Source: an uncultured Eubacteriales bacterium
Lineage (GTDB): Bacteria; Bacillota; Clostridia; Oscillospirales; CAG-272
Assembly (NCBI GenBank): GCA_934481515.1
Contig: CAKSPO010000006.1
Span: forward strand, 134 to 64,133
Direction: 5' to 3'
DNA: 64,000 nucleotides
Both the position numbers and the translations under genes were made by a program. Within the stretch, counting starts at the first letter, position 1. Each line of letters opens with the position of its first letter. Shown piece by piece: positions 17,643 through 26,130 of this stretch. The notes below the pieces were generated by a model. It saw only the letters and a list, made by a program, of their open reading frames with translations, was not told the origin of the DNA and did not search any database.

Positions 17643-18776
17643 ATGAAACGTCTCGGGCTGTATCTGCATATTCCCTTCTGCCGCAGTAAATGCCTTTACT
17701 GTGATTTCTATTCCCTCCCCCGCCCGACAGCGGAAGCAATGGAGCACTATGTCGATGCCTTGTGCCGGGATCTGGAGCGCAAAGCGCCAGACTGCGCCGC
17801 CTATCTGGTCGATACGGTCTATTTCGGCGGCGGAACACCGACGCTGTTGCCGGAGGAAGCATCGGAACGGATTCTCTCCGTCATCGCCAGCCGTTACCGT
17901 TTGGATACCGGTGCGGAAATCACGGCGGAATGCAATCCGGCAACCGCCTCGACGGAAAAGCTTCGCCGGTTGCGCCGCGCCGGCTGGAACCGGCTGAGCA
18001 TCGGCATTCAGAGCATCCATCCGAAGGAGCTGCGTGCACTCGGACGCACCCACGGCTTCGCGGATGCCAGACAGCTCTTTTCGGATGCGTCGGATGCAGG
18101 CTTTTCCAACCTCAGCGCCGACCTGATGTTCGGCATTCCGGAGCAGACACCGGAGAGCTGGCTTGCCTCTTTGGAAGCCGTGCTTGCGCTGACCCCCTCG
18201 CATCTTTCCTTTTACGGTCTGACCGTGGAAGCGGGCACCCCGTTTGCAAAAGCGGAAAAGCACCTTCCTCTCCCCTCGGAAGAAGACACCCGGCAAATGT
18301 ACTTTGACGGAATCCGGATGTGCGAGGCGCACGGGCTTTTGCAGTACGAAATCAGCAATTTTGCAACACCGGGGAATAAATCCCGCCACAATCTCAAATA
18401 CTGGAACTGTGAGGAATACCTCGGCTTCGGTCCGGCGGCATTTTCCGATTTTTCCGGTGTCCGATCCGGCAATTCCCGCGACCTTGCTGCATATATTGAA
18501 GGCAGAGACATCCGTGCGGAAGAGGAGCACCCCTCCCCCTCGGATCGGATGAATGAGTATATCATGCTACGCCTGCGGCTGACCGATGGCATCCGCGAAA
18601 AAGAATTTTCCGACAGATTCCGCTGCTCCTTTCTGGAAAGGTACCGGGAAAAGCTCCTTCCGTACCAACGGATGAAGCTTCTGAACCTTTCAAAGGACGG
18701 ATGCGCCCTTTCACCGGAGGGCTTCTATGTCAGCAATTCCATCCTTTCCGATCTGGTGGAATTCGAGCCGTCATGA
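17643..18776 (+). CDS. hemW: Radical SAM heme chaperone HemW
   Basis: LYLHIPFCRSKCLYCDF (CxxxCxxC), GGGTPTLL and the HemN-like C-terminal domain. Confidence 0.9.
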   Translation: MKRLGLYLHIPFCRSKCLYCDFYSLPRPTAEAMEHYVDALCRDLERKAPDCAAYLVDTVYFGGGTPTLLPEEASERILSVIASRYRLDTGAEITAECNPATASTEKLRRLRRAGWNRLSIGIQSIHPKELRALGRTHGFADARQLFSDASDAGFSNLSADLMFGIPEQTPESWLASLEAVLALTPSHLSFYGLTVEAGTPFAKAEKHLPLPSEEDTRQMYFDGIRMCEAHGLLQYEISNFATPGNKSRHNLKYWNCEEYLGFGPAAFSDFSGVRSGNSRDLAAYIEGRDIRAEEEHPSPSDRMNEYIMLRLRLTDGIREKEFSDRFRCSFLERYREKLLPYQRMKLLNLSKDGCALSPEGFYVSNSILSDLVEFEPS

Positions 18777-18813
18777 AAACACACCACTCTCACGCAAAAC
18801 TCACAAAAAAGCC

Positions 18814-18842
18814 TTGACAAATCCGGCATTCTCGTGTAAAAT
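18814..18842 (+). promoter_or_regulatory. Sigma-70 promoter for the DUF1292 gene
   Basis: TTGACA, 17 nt, TGtTAAAAT. Confidence 0.55.
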
Positions 18843-18893
18843 AAAAGCGGATTCCCGAAAGGGGTCCGACAACGGAAAAGGAAGTATCAGGCA

Positions 18894-19193
18894 ATGGATG
18901 AAATGAACGAAGAACGCGAATTCTTTACCCTTGTGGATGAAGAGGGCAAAGAAACGGAATTTGAAAAAATCGATGAAGTGGAATATAACGGCGTAACCTA
19001 TTTTGCCATGATCCCCGCAGATGCGGCAGATGCGGCAAAGGAGGACGACGGCTTCTGCGAATATGTCATTCTGCGGAAGGAAAAGGATGAGGACGGGGAG
19101 GATTCCCTTGTCACCATCGACGATGACGACGAGTTTGACAGCGTGGCGGATCTGTTCGATGACAGATTCTCCGAGGAAATCGACTACGACTGA
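18894..19193 (+). CDS. DUF1292-family acidic protein
   Basis: FTLVDEEGKETEFEKIDEVEYNGVTYFAM...EYVILRKEKDEDGEDSLVTIDDDDEFDSVADLF is the typical DUF1292 pattern. Confidence 0.85.
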   Translation: MDEMNEEREFFTLVDEEGKETEFEKIDEVEYNGVTYFAMIPADAADAAKEDDGFCEYVILRKEKDEDGEDSLVTIDDDDEFDSVADLFDDRFSEEIDYD

Positions 19194-19490
19194 ATCCCGA
19201 AAAACAAAATGACAAAATTTCCTGCTTAGTTCGTGATAACCGGTGAAATGAACCCACGATTGATCAAAGGAGCCTGAACCCGCAATGGTTTGCAGACCTC
19301 CCGTTTGCGTCTCGATTGACTTGTCTCGACCGCAACCGGATGTTGGGAGCAGTAAAGTTGCGATGAGGGCACCGCCCTGTAAATACAGGGTTCTGCTATC
19401 CCGGTTACACGGCTCGGCGGGTTTTTTGTTTGCAGAACAGAGCGGCGTCAAAATACAATCCTGCATTCTGAAAAAACGGAGACCAAACCG

Positions 19491-20483
19491 ATGAACATTC
19501 AGCCGATCATTCAGGAAATCAAAAATACTGTCCGTACACATGAGTTGGAGGGAGGCGGATACCGCCGTTATCTCTGCGCAAACGGACATCCGGAACGAAA
19601 AACGGACGCCAATGAATACGGTTGTGCGGACGCGGCAAACATCCTCTATACCATAGGAGCCTTTGAGCTGGATCCCACGCGCCGCGCAGAGCTGGTCAAC
19701 GCCATCCGGAGCTTTCAGCATCCGGACGGGCTGTTCGACGAAGGAACCCACCATCCGATCCATTGCACCGCGCATTGCCTTGCGGCGCTGGAGCTGTTCG
19801 ATGCAGGGGCAAATCTCCCCTTGGAGGGGCTTGCCGAATACCGCACCAAGGAGGGGCTCTATTCCCTTCTGGAGCGTTTGGAATGGGTGGACAATCCATG
19901 GCCGACCGCCCATCAGGGAGCCGGAATCTATGCCGCGCTGGTGCTCTCCGGTGAAGTTGACCATGCCTGGCAGGACGCATATTTCGACTGGCTCATCGAG
20001 CATGCCGACCCGGTGTACGGAATCGGCAGAAAAGGCGCCGTCGCCGCGGGAGTAAAACCTGCATGTCACCATCTGAACGGGTGGTTCCACTACCTGTTCA
20101 ATTTCGGATTTGCTCACCGCAGAATTCCTTATGCCCGTGAAGCAACGGACACCTGCCTCGACCTGTACCGGAACAACCGGCTGGGAGACGATTTCCGCAC
20201 CTGCGTGAATTTTGCGCAGATCGACTGGATCTATACCCTGAACCGCTCCGCACGGCAGGAAGGCTACCGCGTGGAAGAAGCGACTGCGGCAATCCGCGAT
20301 TTTGCCGGAACCTACATCCCGTATCTTGCCGGGTTGGATCACGCAAGCCATGACCGCTGGAACGACCTGCACCTGCTCTTCGGCGCGGTTTGCGCGCTTG
20401 CGGAGCTGCAGAACGCACTCCCCGGAGAAATCGAATCCGACTATCCCCTGAAGCTCGTTCTTGACCGTCGCCCGTTCATCTGA
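19491..20483 (+). CDS. Hypothetical cytoplasmic protein (330 aa)
   Basis: Long ORF with coding-like composition and GGAG 10 nt upstream. No family recognised. The repeated HPDGLF / HC..HCLAALELFD pattern hints weakly at an alpha/alpha-toroid fold. Confidence 0.6.
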   Translation: MNIQPIIQEIKNTVRTHELEGGGYRRYLCANGHPERKTDANEYGCADAANILYTIGAFELDPTRRAELVNAIRSFQHPDGLFDEGTHHPIHCTAHCLAALELFDAGANLPLEGLAEYRTKEGLYSLLERLEWVDNPWPTAHQGAGIYAALVLSGEVDHAWQDAYFDWLIEHADPVYGIGRKGAVAAGVKPACHHLNGWFHYLFNFGFAHRRIPYAREATDTCLDLYRNNRLGDDFRTCVNFAQIDWIYTLNRSARQEGYRVEEATAAIRDFAGTYIPYLAGLDHASHDRWNDLHLLFGAVCALAELQNALPGEIESDYPLKLVLDRRPFI

Positions 20484-20576
20484 GCCAAAACACCGCAAAA
20501 ATATACCCGTTTGCCCGGAGCACCTTTTGACTCCCGGACAAAGAACGCGAGCATGCCTCTTACCAACCAAACAATA

Positions 20577-20622
20577 AGAACGCCGAACCTGCGGAGAATT
20601 GCCTCCGCCGATCCGGCGTTCT
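20577..20622 (-). terminator. Hairpin terminator for the SPFH gene
   Basis: agaacgccg...cggcgttct stem. The reverse strand continues TATTGTTTGG. Confidence 0.45.
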
Positions 20623-20632
20623 GCTTTATCAG

Positions 20633-20661
20633 GAGGCGCTTCCCGCGCCTCTTTTGTTTTT
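20633..20661 (+). terminator. Intrinsic terminator for the 19491-20483 gene
   Basis: gaggcgc ttccc gcgcctc followed by TTTTGTTTTT. Confidence 0.65.
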
Positions 20662-20675
20662 ACGCGTGTTCCCCG

Positions 20676-21710
20676 TTACGGTGCCGTCGTACTCCCCGAA
20701 GCGGAACCTGCCCCGGTTCCCGAGGTTCCGAGCGCTGCCAGCATCCGATAAAAATCTTCGGAATTCAGATAGGTATCCGGCAGCTCTCCGCCCCACTTCT
20801 GGATGTAATAATAAACCAACAGGTGCTGAATGTCATCGTTATCCAGGGCGGACGGATCCTTGGCAAGAATGTCCCTGATCTGTCCGACAATGGCGGCATC
20901 CTTCTGTCCGGCGTACTCCGAAGCCTCCGCCTGAATCTTCACAACCTCAAAATCCGCCTCTGCGGCAATCTTCGCAACGGCAGCTTCCGCCCGCGCCTCA
21001 ATCTCCGCACGCTCCGCGGAAGCGTTGGCTTCCATGGTCTTCTGCGCCTGCTCAATCTGTGCCTGCTTGCTCTTCTGCTCGGCAACCTGCTTGGCTTCCA
21101 CTGCATCGGTGAACGCATCGGAGAAGTCCAGGTTTTCAATAGAAGCGTCCACCACGACAACGTTATAAGCATCCAGCTTCTCGGTCAGCACGCTGCGGAT
21201 ATCCTGCGAAAGCTGGGACCGCTTGTTCAGAAGCTCTTCTGCGGTATACTTTGCAAATTCGCTCTTGACGGTTTCCTGCACCCGCGGCAAAATAATTTTC
21301 TCATAGTAGGAAACACCGATGTCCTTGTAAATCATCTGCGCATTCACTTTGGAAATCTGATAATTCAGCGTGTAGGTCACGGCAACCTCCTGGATGTCCG
21401 ACGAAAAGCAGGACAAATCTACCGATGCCTTCTGATTCCGGTTGTCCATGTTGACCACTTCCTTCCACGGAGCGCAGAAGTGCACCCCGGCTTCGTAGGT
21501 TGTGTTCTCCACCTTACCGAAGACCGTTACAATACCGGTATGCCCCGTCGGCACCGTGCGCAAACAGCTGAACATCGCCAGAAGGCATCCGACAATCAGG
21601 AATGCGGACAGCAACAATACAGACAATCCCTTTTTCTGCTTTCGCAATCCCAGAAAGACCATCACCCCGGCCAGAATCAGCAATACTCCAAAGATAAACA
21701 ATACAATCAT
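20676..21710 (-). CDS. SPFH/band-7 (prohibitin-family) membrane protein
   Basis: N-terminal TM helices. VPTGHTGIVTVFGKV... SPFH core, then an Ala/Glu-rich coiled region. AAAGGAGA RBS. Confidence 0.85.
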   Translation of the reverse strand: MIVLFIFGVLLILAGVMVFLGLRKQKKGLSVLLLSAFLIVGCLLAMFSCLRTVPTGHTGIVTVFGKVENTTYEAGVHFCAPWKEVVNMDNRNQKASVDLSCFSSDIQEVAVTYTLNYQISKVNAQMIYKDIGVSYYEKIILPRVQETVKSEFAKYTAEELLNKRSQLSQDIRSVLTEKLDAYNVVVVDASIENLDFSDAFTDAVEAKQVAEQKSKQAQIEQAQKTMEANASAERAEIEARAEAAVAKIAAEADFEVVKIQAEASEYAGQKDAAIVGQIRDILAKDPSALDNDDIQHLLVYYYIQKWGGELPDTYLNSEDFYRMLAALGTSGTGAGSASGSTTAP

Positions 21711-21755
21711 TTCTTTCTCCTTTCGTCCGCTTCCCGCGGCGTTGATTGTGATTAT

Positions 21756-21784
21756 ATAATATCACGACCGTTAGATAATGTCAA
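21756..21784 (-). promoter_or_regulatory. Sigma-70 promoter for the SPFH gene
   Basis: The reverse strand reads TTGACA, 17 nt, TATTAT, with TG upstream. Confidence 0.55.
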
Positions 21785-21957
21785 GTGATTTTATTAAATA
21801 TTTGCAGTATTTACATTTTGTTCATAAAGGAGAGCGGAGAGCCGCCTTTGCACGCTTCTAAGGAAATTGAACCGACCTTCCGGCAAAATGTTATACCTGC
21901 AAAACGGCAAAAATTCCTTTCCGCTTCTAACTTCCGCCGGCAAAAAACTCTGCTGTT

Positions 21958-22073
21958 CATTCCGCATCCGGCTTCTGCTGAACAAAAAATTTTCTTCTCT
22001 CTCGTAGGGGCGGTCAACCCGCCCGCTCCTAAGGAACCTACACAACCATTCCGGCTACATTTCCCCAACCGGA
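21958..22073. repeat. Intergenic dispersed repeat R1 (about 116 nt)
   Basis: cattccgcatccggcttctgctgaacaaaaaattttcttctctctcgtaggggcggtcaacccgcccgctcctaaggaa... recurs at 22321-22440. Confidence 0.85.
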
Positions 22074-22320
22074 TTTTTTGTTTGTGGCACCGGAACCGCC
22101 CCTGAAAAGGCGGTCATTGGCATCCCTGCCCGGCGTACCGCGCAATCCGTGCAAACGAGCGGGCAGACCCCGCCCCTACCAGCTTGAGAAAAATTGGGTG
22201 TTTTGTGCACCGCCGGAAAACCTGTTTTTCGTTGCGACATTTCCCCGGCTCCTACTGGGCGAAAAAATTTCCTTCGATCATTCCGTTCCGGCTTCCGACG
22301 GATGAAAAATCCCATTTACC

Positions 22321-22440
22321 CATTCCGCATCCGGCTTCTGCTGAACAAAAAAATTTTCTTCTCTCTCGTAGGGGCGGGGTCAACCCGCCCGCCTCTAAGG
22401 AATTTGAACAACCCCTCCCGGCTACATTCCCCCCGCCGGA
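22321..22440. repeat. Intergenic dispersed repeat R2 (about 120 nt), a direct copy of R1
   Basis: Same sequence as R1 with small indels and substitutions. It contains a GGGCGG-loop-CCGCCC hairpin. Confidence 0.85.
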
Positions 22441-22569
22441 AAGTCGGATCCCCCCCTCGAAACATATCGGTAAGCATCAAAAAAGTGTACTTTTTACACT
22501 CTACTTCCCGGCTCTACCGGCAGTAGAGTCGGATTTTTGAGCGGTCGAGACGCAATACTGCGGAGTAGA

Positions 22570-22598
22570 TTGAAAACCGCGCCCGGATCGGATATAAT
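22570..22598 (+). promoter_or_regulatory. Consensus sigma-70 promoter for the acyl-CoA synthetase gene
   Basis: TTGAAA (22570-22575), 17 nt, TATAAT (22593-22598). This overlaps the track ORF start at 22599, so the true start is downstream. Confidence 0.7.
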
Positions 22599-22664
22599 AT
22601 GGTATATCATTTCCCCATTCTATACAATCGCCGACCACCGGCAGAGCAAAGAGAGGTTATGTCT

Positions 22665-24305
22665 ATGGCAAGAAAGAAAAGAGAAATCGAAACATTTTCC
22701 ACCATCCGGGAAATGGTGACCAATGCCGCTACCAGTGACCCGGATCATATCGCGTATATGTTCAATACGCCCGACGGTGTGCAAAGCATCACCTCGCGCG
22801 AATTCTATAACAGTCTGGAGAATCTGGGAGCAAAGCTGACCGAGATGGGCTACGGAAAGTCACACATCGCCTGCGTGGGAGAAAACAGCTACCCCTGGAT
22901 TCAGACCTTTGTCACCGTCCTGATGACCGCCGGCGTTTTCGTCCCGATCGACAAGGAACTCCCCGTTGATAATATTGTGTTCCTGCTCAATGACAGCGAT
23001 ACCGAGGTCGTTTTCTGCAGTGAAAAATACGAGGCGCTTTTGCGGGAACGTCAGAACGATCTGCCGAAGGTGCGCCACTTTGTCTGCTTTGACCGCAAAG
23101 AGGACGACGGGAAGTTTCTCTCCATGCAGGGGCTGATGGAAGCAGGCTCAAAGCTGGATCGCTCCGCCTATGATGCGCTCCGCTCGGATCCGAATGAGCT
23201 GAAATATCTGGTCTATACCTCCGGCACCACCGGCATCGCCAAGGGAGTCATGCTCACCGAGCACAACATTGCCTGCGGCGTTTACTACGGTCTGAAGGTC
23301 TCCCAGATTTTTGAGCGCGGTCTTTCGGTTCTTCCCTATAACCACACCTACGAGGCGGTCTGCGACCTCCTGGTTTCCATTCACGCGCATGTCACCATCT
23401 GCATCAACGACTCCCTGCGTCATGTGCAGAAGAATCTGAAGCTTTACCGTCCCGTGCATATTTATCTGGTTCCGGCGTTCTCCGAGCACTTCTACCGCGT
23501 CATTCAGAACAGCATCCAGAAACAAGGAAAGACCAAGCTCTTCAACCGGATGATCGGCGTCTCCAACGCACTGCGGAAGGTCGGGATCGACCTGCGCCGC
23601 GTGTTCTTCAAAGCCGTTCTGGAGGAGTTCGGCGGAAATCTGCGCCGGATCGTCTGCGGCGGTGCTCCGATCCGCCCGGAAACCGGAAAGTTCTTTGACA
23701 GCATCGGCATCACGCTCACCGGCGGCTACGGAATCACCGAATGTTCTCCGCTGGTCTCCGTCAACGACGAATCCGACAACAATTTCTCCTCCGCCGGACA
23801 CCGTCTGGAGTGTCTTGAATGGAGAATCGACCAGCCGGATGACGACGGCATCGGAGAAATCTGCGTCAAGGGTGACGTTGTCATGCTGGGATACTACAAG
23901 CGCCCGGATCTGACCGCAGAGGTCATCCGCGACGGCTGGTTCTACACCGGCGACTATGGTTTCATCAATGAGAAGGACGAGATCGTCATTACCGGACGGA
24001 AAAAGAACATCATCATCCTCAGCAACGGAAAGAACATCTATCCGGAGGAGTTGGAGCTGTTGATTCAGGACATTCCCTACGTCACCGAGGTCGTCGTCGG
24101 CAGCGTGAAAAACGAATACGGAGAGGATCTCTCCCTCACCGCCGAGATTTACATTGAGGATGAGAACGCGCGGAATGAAGCACGTGTGGCGGAGGACATC
24201 CGCCAGAAGCTTTCCGAGCTTCCCTCCTATAAGCAGATCGGCTCCATCCGCCTGCGCACCGAGCCGTTCGCGAAAACCACCTCCAACAAGATCAAACGGC
24301 AGTAA
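22665..24305 (+). CDS. AMP-binding long-chain acyl-CoA synthetase (FadD-like)
   Basis: LVYTSGTTGIAKGVMLTEHN, GYGITE, TGDYGFINEKDEIVITGRKKNIIILSNGKNIYPEELE. The ATG at 22665 lies 8 nt after GAGAGG. Confidence 0.85.
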   Translation: MARKKREIETFSTIREMVTNAATSDPDHIAYMFNTPDGVQSITSREFYNSLENLGAKLTEMGYGKSHIACVGENSYPWIQTFVTVLMTAGVFVPIDKELPVDNIVFLLNDSDTEVVFCSEKYEALLRERQNDLPKVRHFVCFDRKEDDGKFLSMQGLMEAGSKLDRSAYDALRSDPNELKYLVYTSGTTGIAKGVMLTEHNIACGVYYGLKVSQIFERGLSVLPYNHTYEAVCDLLVSIHAHVTICINDSLRHVQKNLKLYRPVHIYLVPAFSEHFYRVIQNSIQKQGKTKLFNRMIGVSNALRKVGIDLRRVFFKAVLEEFGGNLRRIVCGGAPIRPETGKFFDSIGITLTGGYGITECSPLVSVNDESDNNFSSAGHRLECLEWRIDQPDDDGIGEICVKGDVVMLGYYKRPDLTAEVIRDGWFYTGDYGFINEKDEIVITGRKKNIIILSNGKNIYPEELELLIQDIPYVTEVVVGSVKNEYGEDLSLTAEIYIEDENARNEARVAEDIRQKLSELPSYKQIGSIRLRTEPFAKTTSNKIKRQ

Positions 24306-24328
24306 CCGATCCCCTCTCGGGTGTCGCA

Positions 24329-24374
24329 AAAAGGCGGCGTAAAAAACTTATTTTGCGTTTTTTCACGCCGCCTT
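24329..24374. repeat. Palindromic repeat element, copy B, probably a bidirectional terminator
   Basis: aaaggcggcgtaaaaaacttattttgcgttttttcacgccgccttt lies between convergent genes. Confidence 0.8.
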
Positions 24375-24483
24375 TGACATCGAACCCATCGGCAAAGCGC
24401 CTGAGATCGCATCATGAATACCAAAAATCCGACCGACATGAAAGGGACGGCGAAAAACAAAAGCTTTTCGCCGTCCCTTTGTT

Positions 24484-25095
24484 TTATTTTTTCTTCCGCC
24501 CGATGCCCGACCACAGAAGAATAATCATCTGTCCCGGAACGCCGAGAATATAAATCAGTGCGACATTGATTCCCGCGACCACAAATGTCAGGTGAATGGC
24601 GCACAACAGCGACCACATCAAAAGCGAAATAATCAGAAAATTCCGCTTCTGGTTGAACCATACCGAATTGAACACCAACCATACGATCATGGAAACCGGC
24701 ACCGCGTAAATGAAAGAAAGCCATGCGCCGGGCAGGCTGACCGGTGCGACCGCGAGCACAAAAAAGACAAAGGTGGCAATGAGACTCACCAGAAAAATAC
24801 TGATAAAAGTAATCAGCGTATGTGTCCGAACTTTCGTCTGCCGGACCGGGGCCGGAGGAACCGGCTCGGAATGCTCCTCGGAGAGGAGATAATCCACCGT
24901 GACATGGAACAGCTCCGCAATCTGCTTGAGCACCAGAACGTCCGGCAGGGACTCTCCGCGCTCCCATTTGGAAACCGCTTTGTCCGTATAGTTCAGCCGT
25001 TCCGCAAGCTCCAGCTGCGTCATGTTGTTGATCCGCCGCAGCTCCGCCAGATTTTTGGCAACCGCCGACTTCATGCTCTGCATATCACGATCCAT
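24484..25095 (-). CDS. XRE-family HTH regulator with a C-terminal four-helix membrane domain
   Basis: NLAELRRINNMTQLELAERLNYTDKAVSKWERGESLPD is a Cro/C1 HTH, followed by hydrophobic helices. Start chosen at MDRDMQ, 6 nt after AAAGGGGG. Confidence 0.8.
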   Translation of the reverse strand: MDRDMQSMKSAVAKNLAELRRINNMTQLELAERLNYTDKAVSKWERGESLPDVLVLKQIAELFHVTVDYLLSEEHSEPVPPAPVRQTKVRTHTLITFISIFLVSLIATFVFFVLAVAPVSLPGAWLSFIYAVPVSMIVWLVFNSVWFNQKRNFLIISLLMWSLLCAIHLTFVVAGINVALIYILGVPGQMIILLWSGIGRKKK

Positions 25096-25142
25096 TCCCA
25101 TCCCCCTTTCCGTCCGAGTACTTCAAAGAAAACTACCGGTTT

Positions 25143-25171
25143 ATTGTACCATACCTGCCGGGAAAAGTCAA
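25143..25171 (-). promoter_or_regulatory. Sigma-70 promoter for the XRE regulator gene
   Basis: The reverse strand reads TTGACT, 17 nt, TACAAT. Confidence 0.55.
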
Positions 25172-25405
25172 GTTCTTTGCTCAAAATTCAAAGTTCCTTC
25201 AAAAAACAGTAATTTGTCGAAGCGAAATCCATCGCAGAAACCGAAAAGGAGTTTTGACGCGGGAACCCGCGACCTTCAAAAAATCGCCCGAAGCGCCGGA
25301 AATCTTTCCGAAAGGATTGTTTTTTCCGTGCGGATATGATAGAATAGAACAATCAGGCAGGAAACGCCGATAAAAGAACCTTATACCGGAAAGGAACAGC
25401 AGCAC

Positions 25406-26062
25406 ATGATTCACGCGGTCTTGTTTGATATGGACGGCACCATTTTCGATACCGAAAAAATTTACCGGGAATGCTGGACGGGTGCGGCGGCAGAGGTCTG
25501 CCCGGACATCGACATCCGGGAGGACATCCCACAGTTTTCCGGAATGATCCGTTCCTCCATCGAGCAGTATTTCTTCCAAAAATACGGCACGTCGTTTCCG
25601 TTCCGGGCGCTTTCCGAGCGACGGCTTTCCCTCATCGACGAGCTGCTCACAAAGGGAATTCCGCTTAAACCGGGAATCCCTGACGTATTCGACGAGCTGC
25701 ACCGCATCGACGTTGCGGTCGCGCTGGTTTCCTCTACGGAAAACGGCAGAATCCATCGCTATCTTTCCGAAACCGGGCTGACTGACCGTTTTGACCTCAT
25801 CCTCGGCAGCAACGACGTCGCGCACGGAAAGCCCTCGCCGGAGCCGTACCTGACCGCCGCGGAACGCTTGGGACTTTCCCCGCAGGAATGCGTGGTAGCG
25901 GAAGATTCTGCCTCCGGCGTCCGCTCCGGCTTTGCCGCGGGCATGAAGGTGGTCATGGTGCCGGATCTCCAGCCCTGCACACCGGAATTGCGCCGGATGC
26001 TCTGGCACTGTGCGGACTCGCTGAAAACGCTCCCCGCGCTGATCGCCGCGGAGAACGAATAA
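25406..26062 (+). CDS. HAD-superfamily phosphatase (beta-phosphoglucomutase-like subfamily IA)
   Basis: VLFDMDGTIFDTE motif I, VSST motif II, KPSPEPY, AEDSASGV motif IV. Confidence 0.85.
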   Translation: MIHAVLFDMDGTIFDTEKIYRECWTGAAAEVCPDIDIREDIPQFSGMIRSSIEQYFFQKYGTSFPFRALSERRLSLIDELLTKGIPLKPGIPDVFDELHRIDVAVALVSSTENGRIHRYLSETGLTDRFDLILGSNDVAHGKPSPEPYLTAAERLGLSPQECVVAEDSASGVRSGFAAGMKVVMVPDLQPCTPELRRMLWHCADSLKTLPALIAAENE

Positions 26063-26130
26063 ATGCGGGGTTCCGCAATGGAACCGCCGCTTCGACCGAA
26101 CCGCCAAATCTCAAAAAAGGAGAACCGAAA

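Noticed and set aside
19233-19425. Assigning the candidate RNA to 6S, SRP, tmRNA, T-box or a named riboswitch
   Set aside because: None of the hallmark strings I know is present (SRP GGAAGCAGCC-type domain IV, the tmRNA ends, T-box GGTGGTACCGCG, the B12 box, the TPP CTGAGA motif, or the ykkC motifs beyond a partial CAGGGTTC). The terminator hairpin before the T-run is weak. It is therefore reported only as an unclassified candidate in the findings.
21958-22440. CRISPR array (direct repeats in a noncoding region, plus tandem repeats at 53431-53826 and 1131-1373)
   Set aside because: The intergenic repeats are about 116-120 nt long, only two full copies are present and the spacing is about 250 nt. 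The short-period arrays are in-frame coding repeats without spacers. No cas genes are present.
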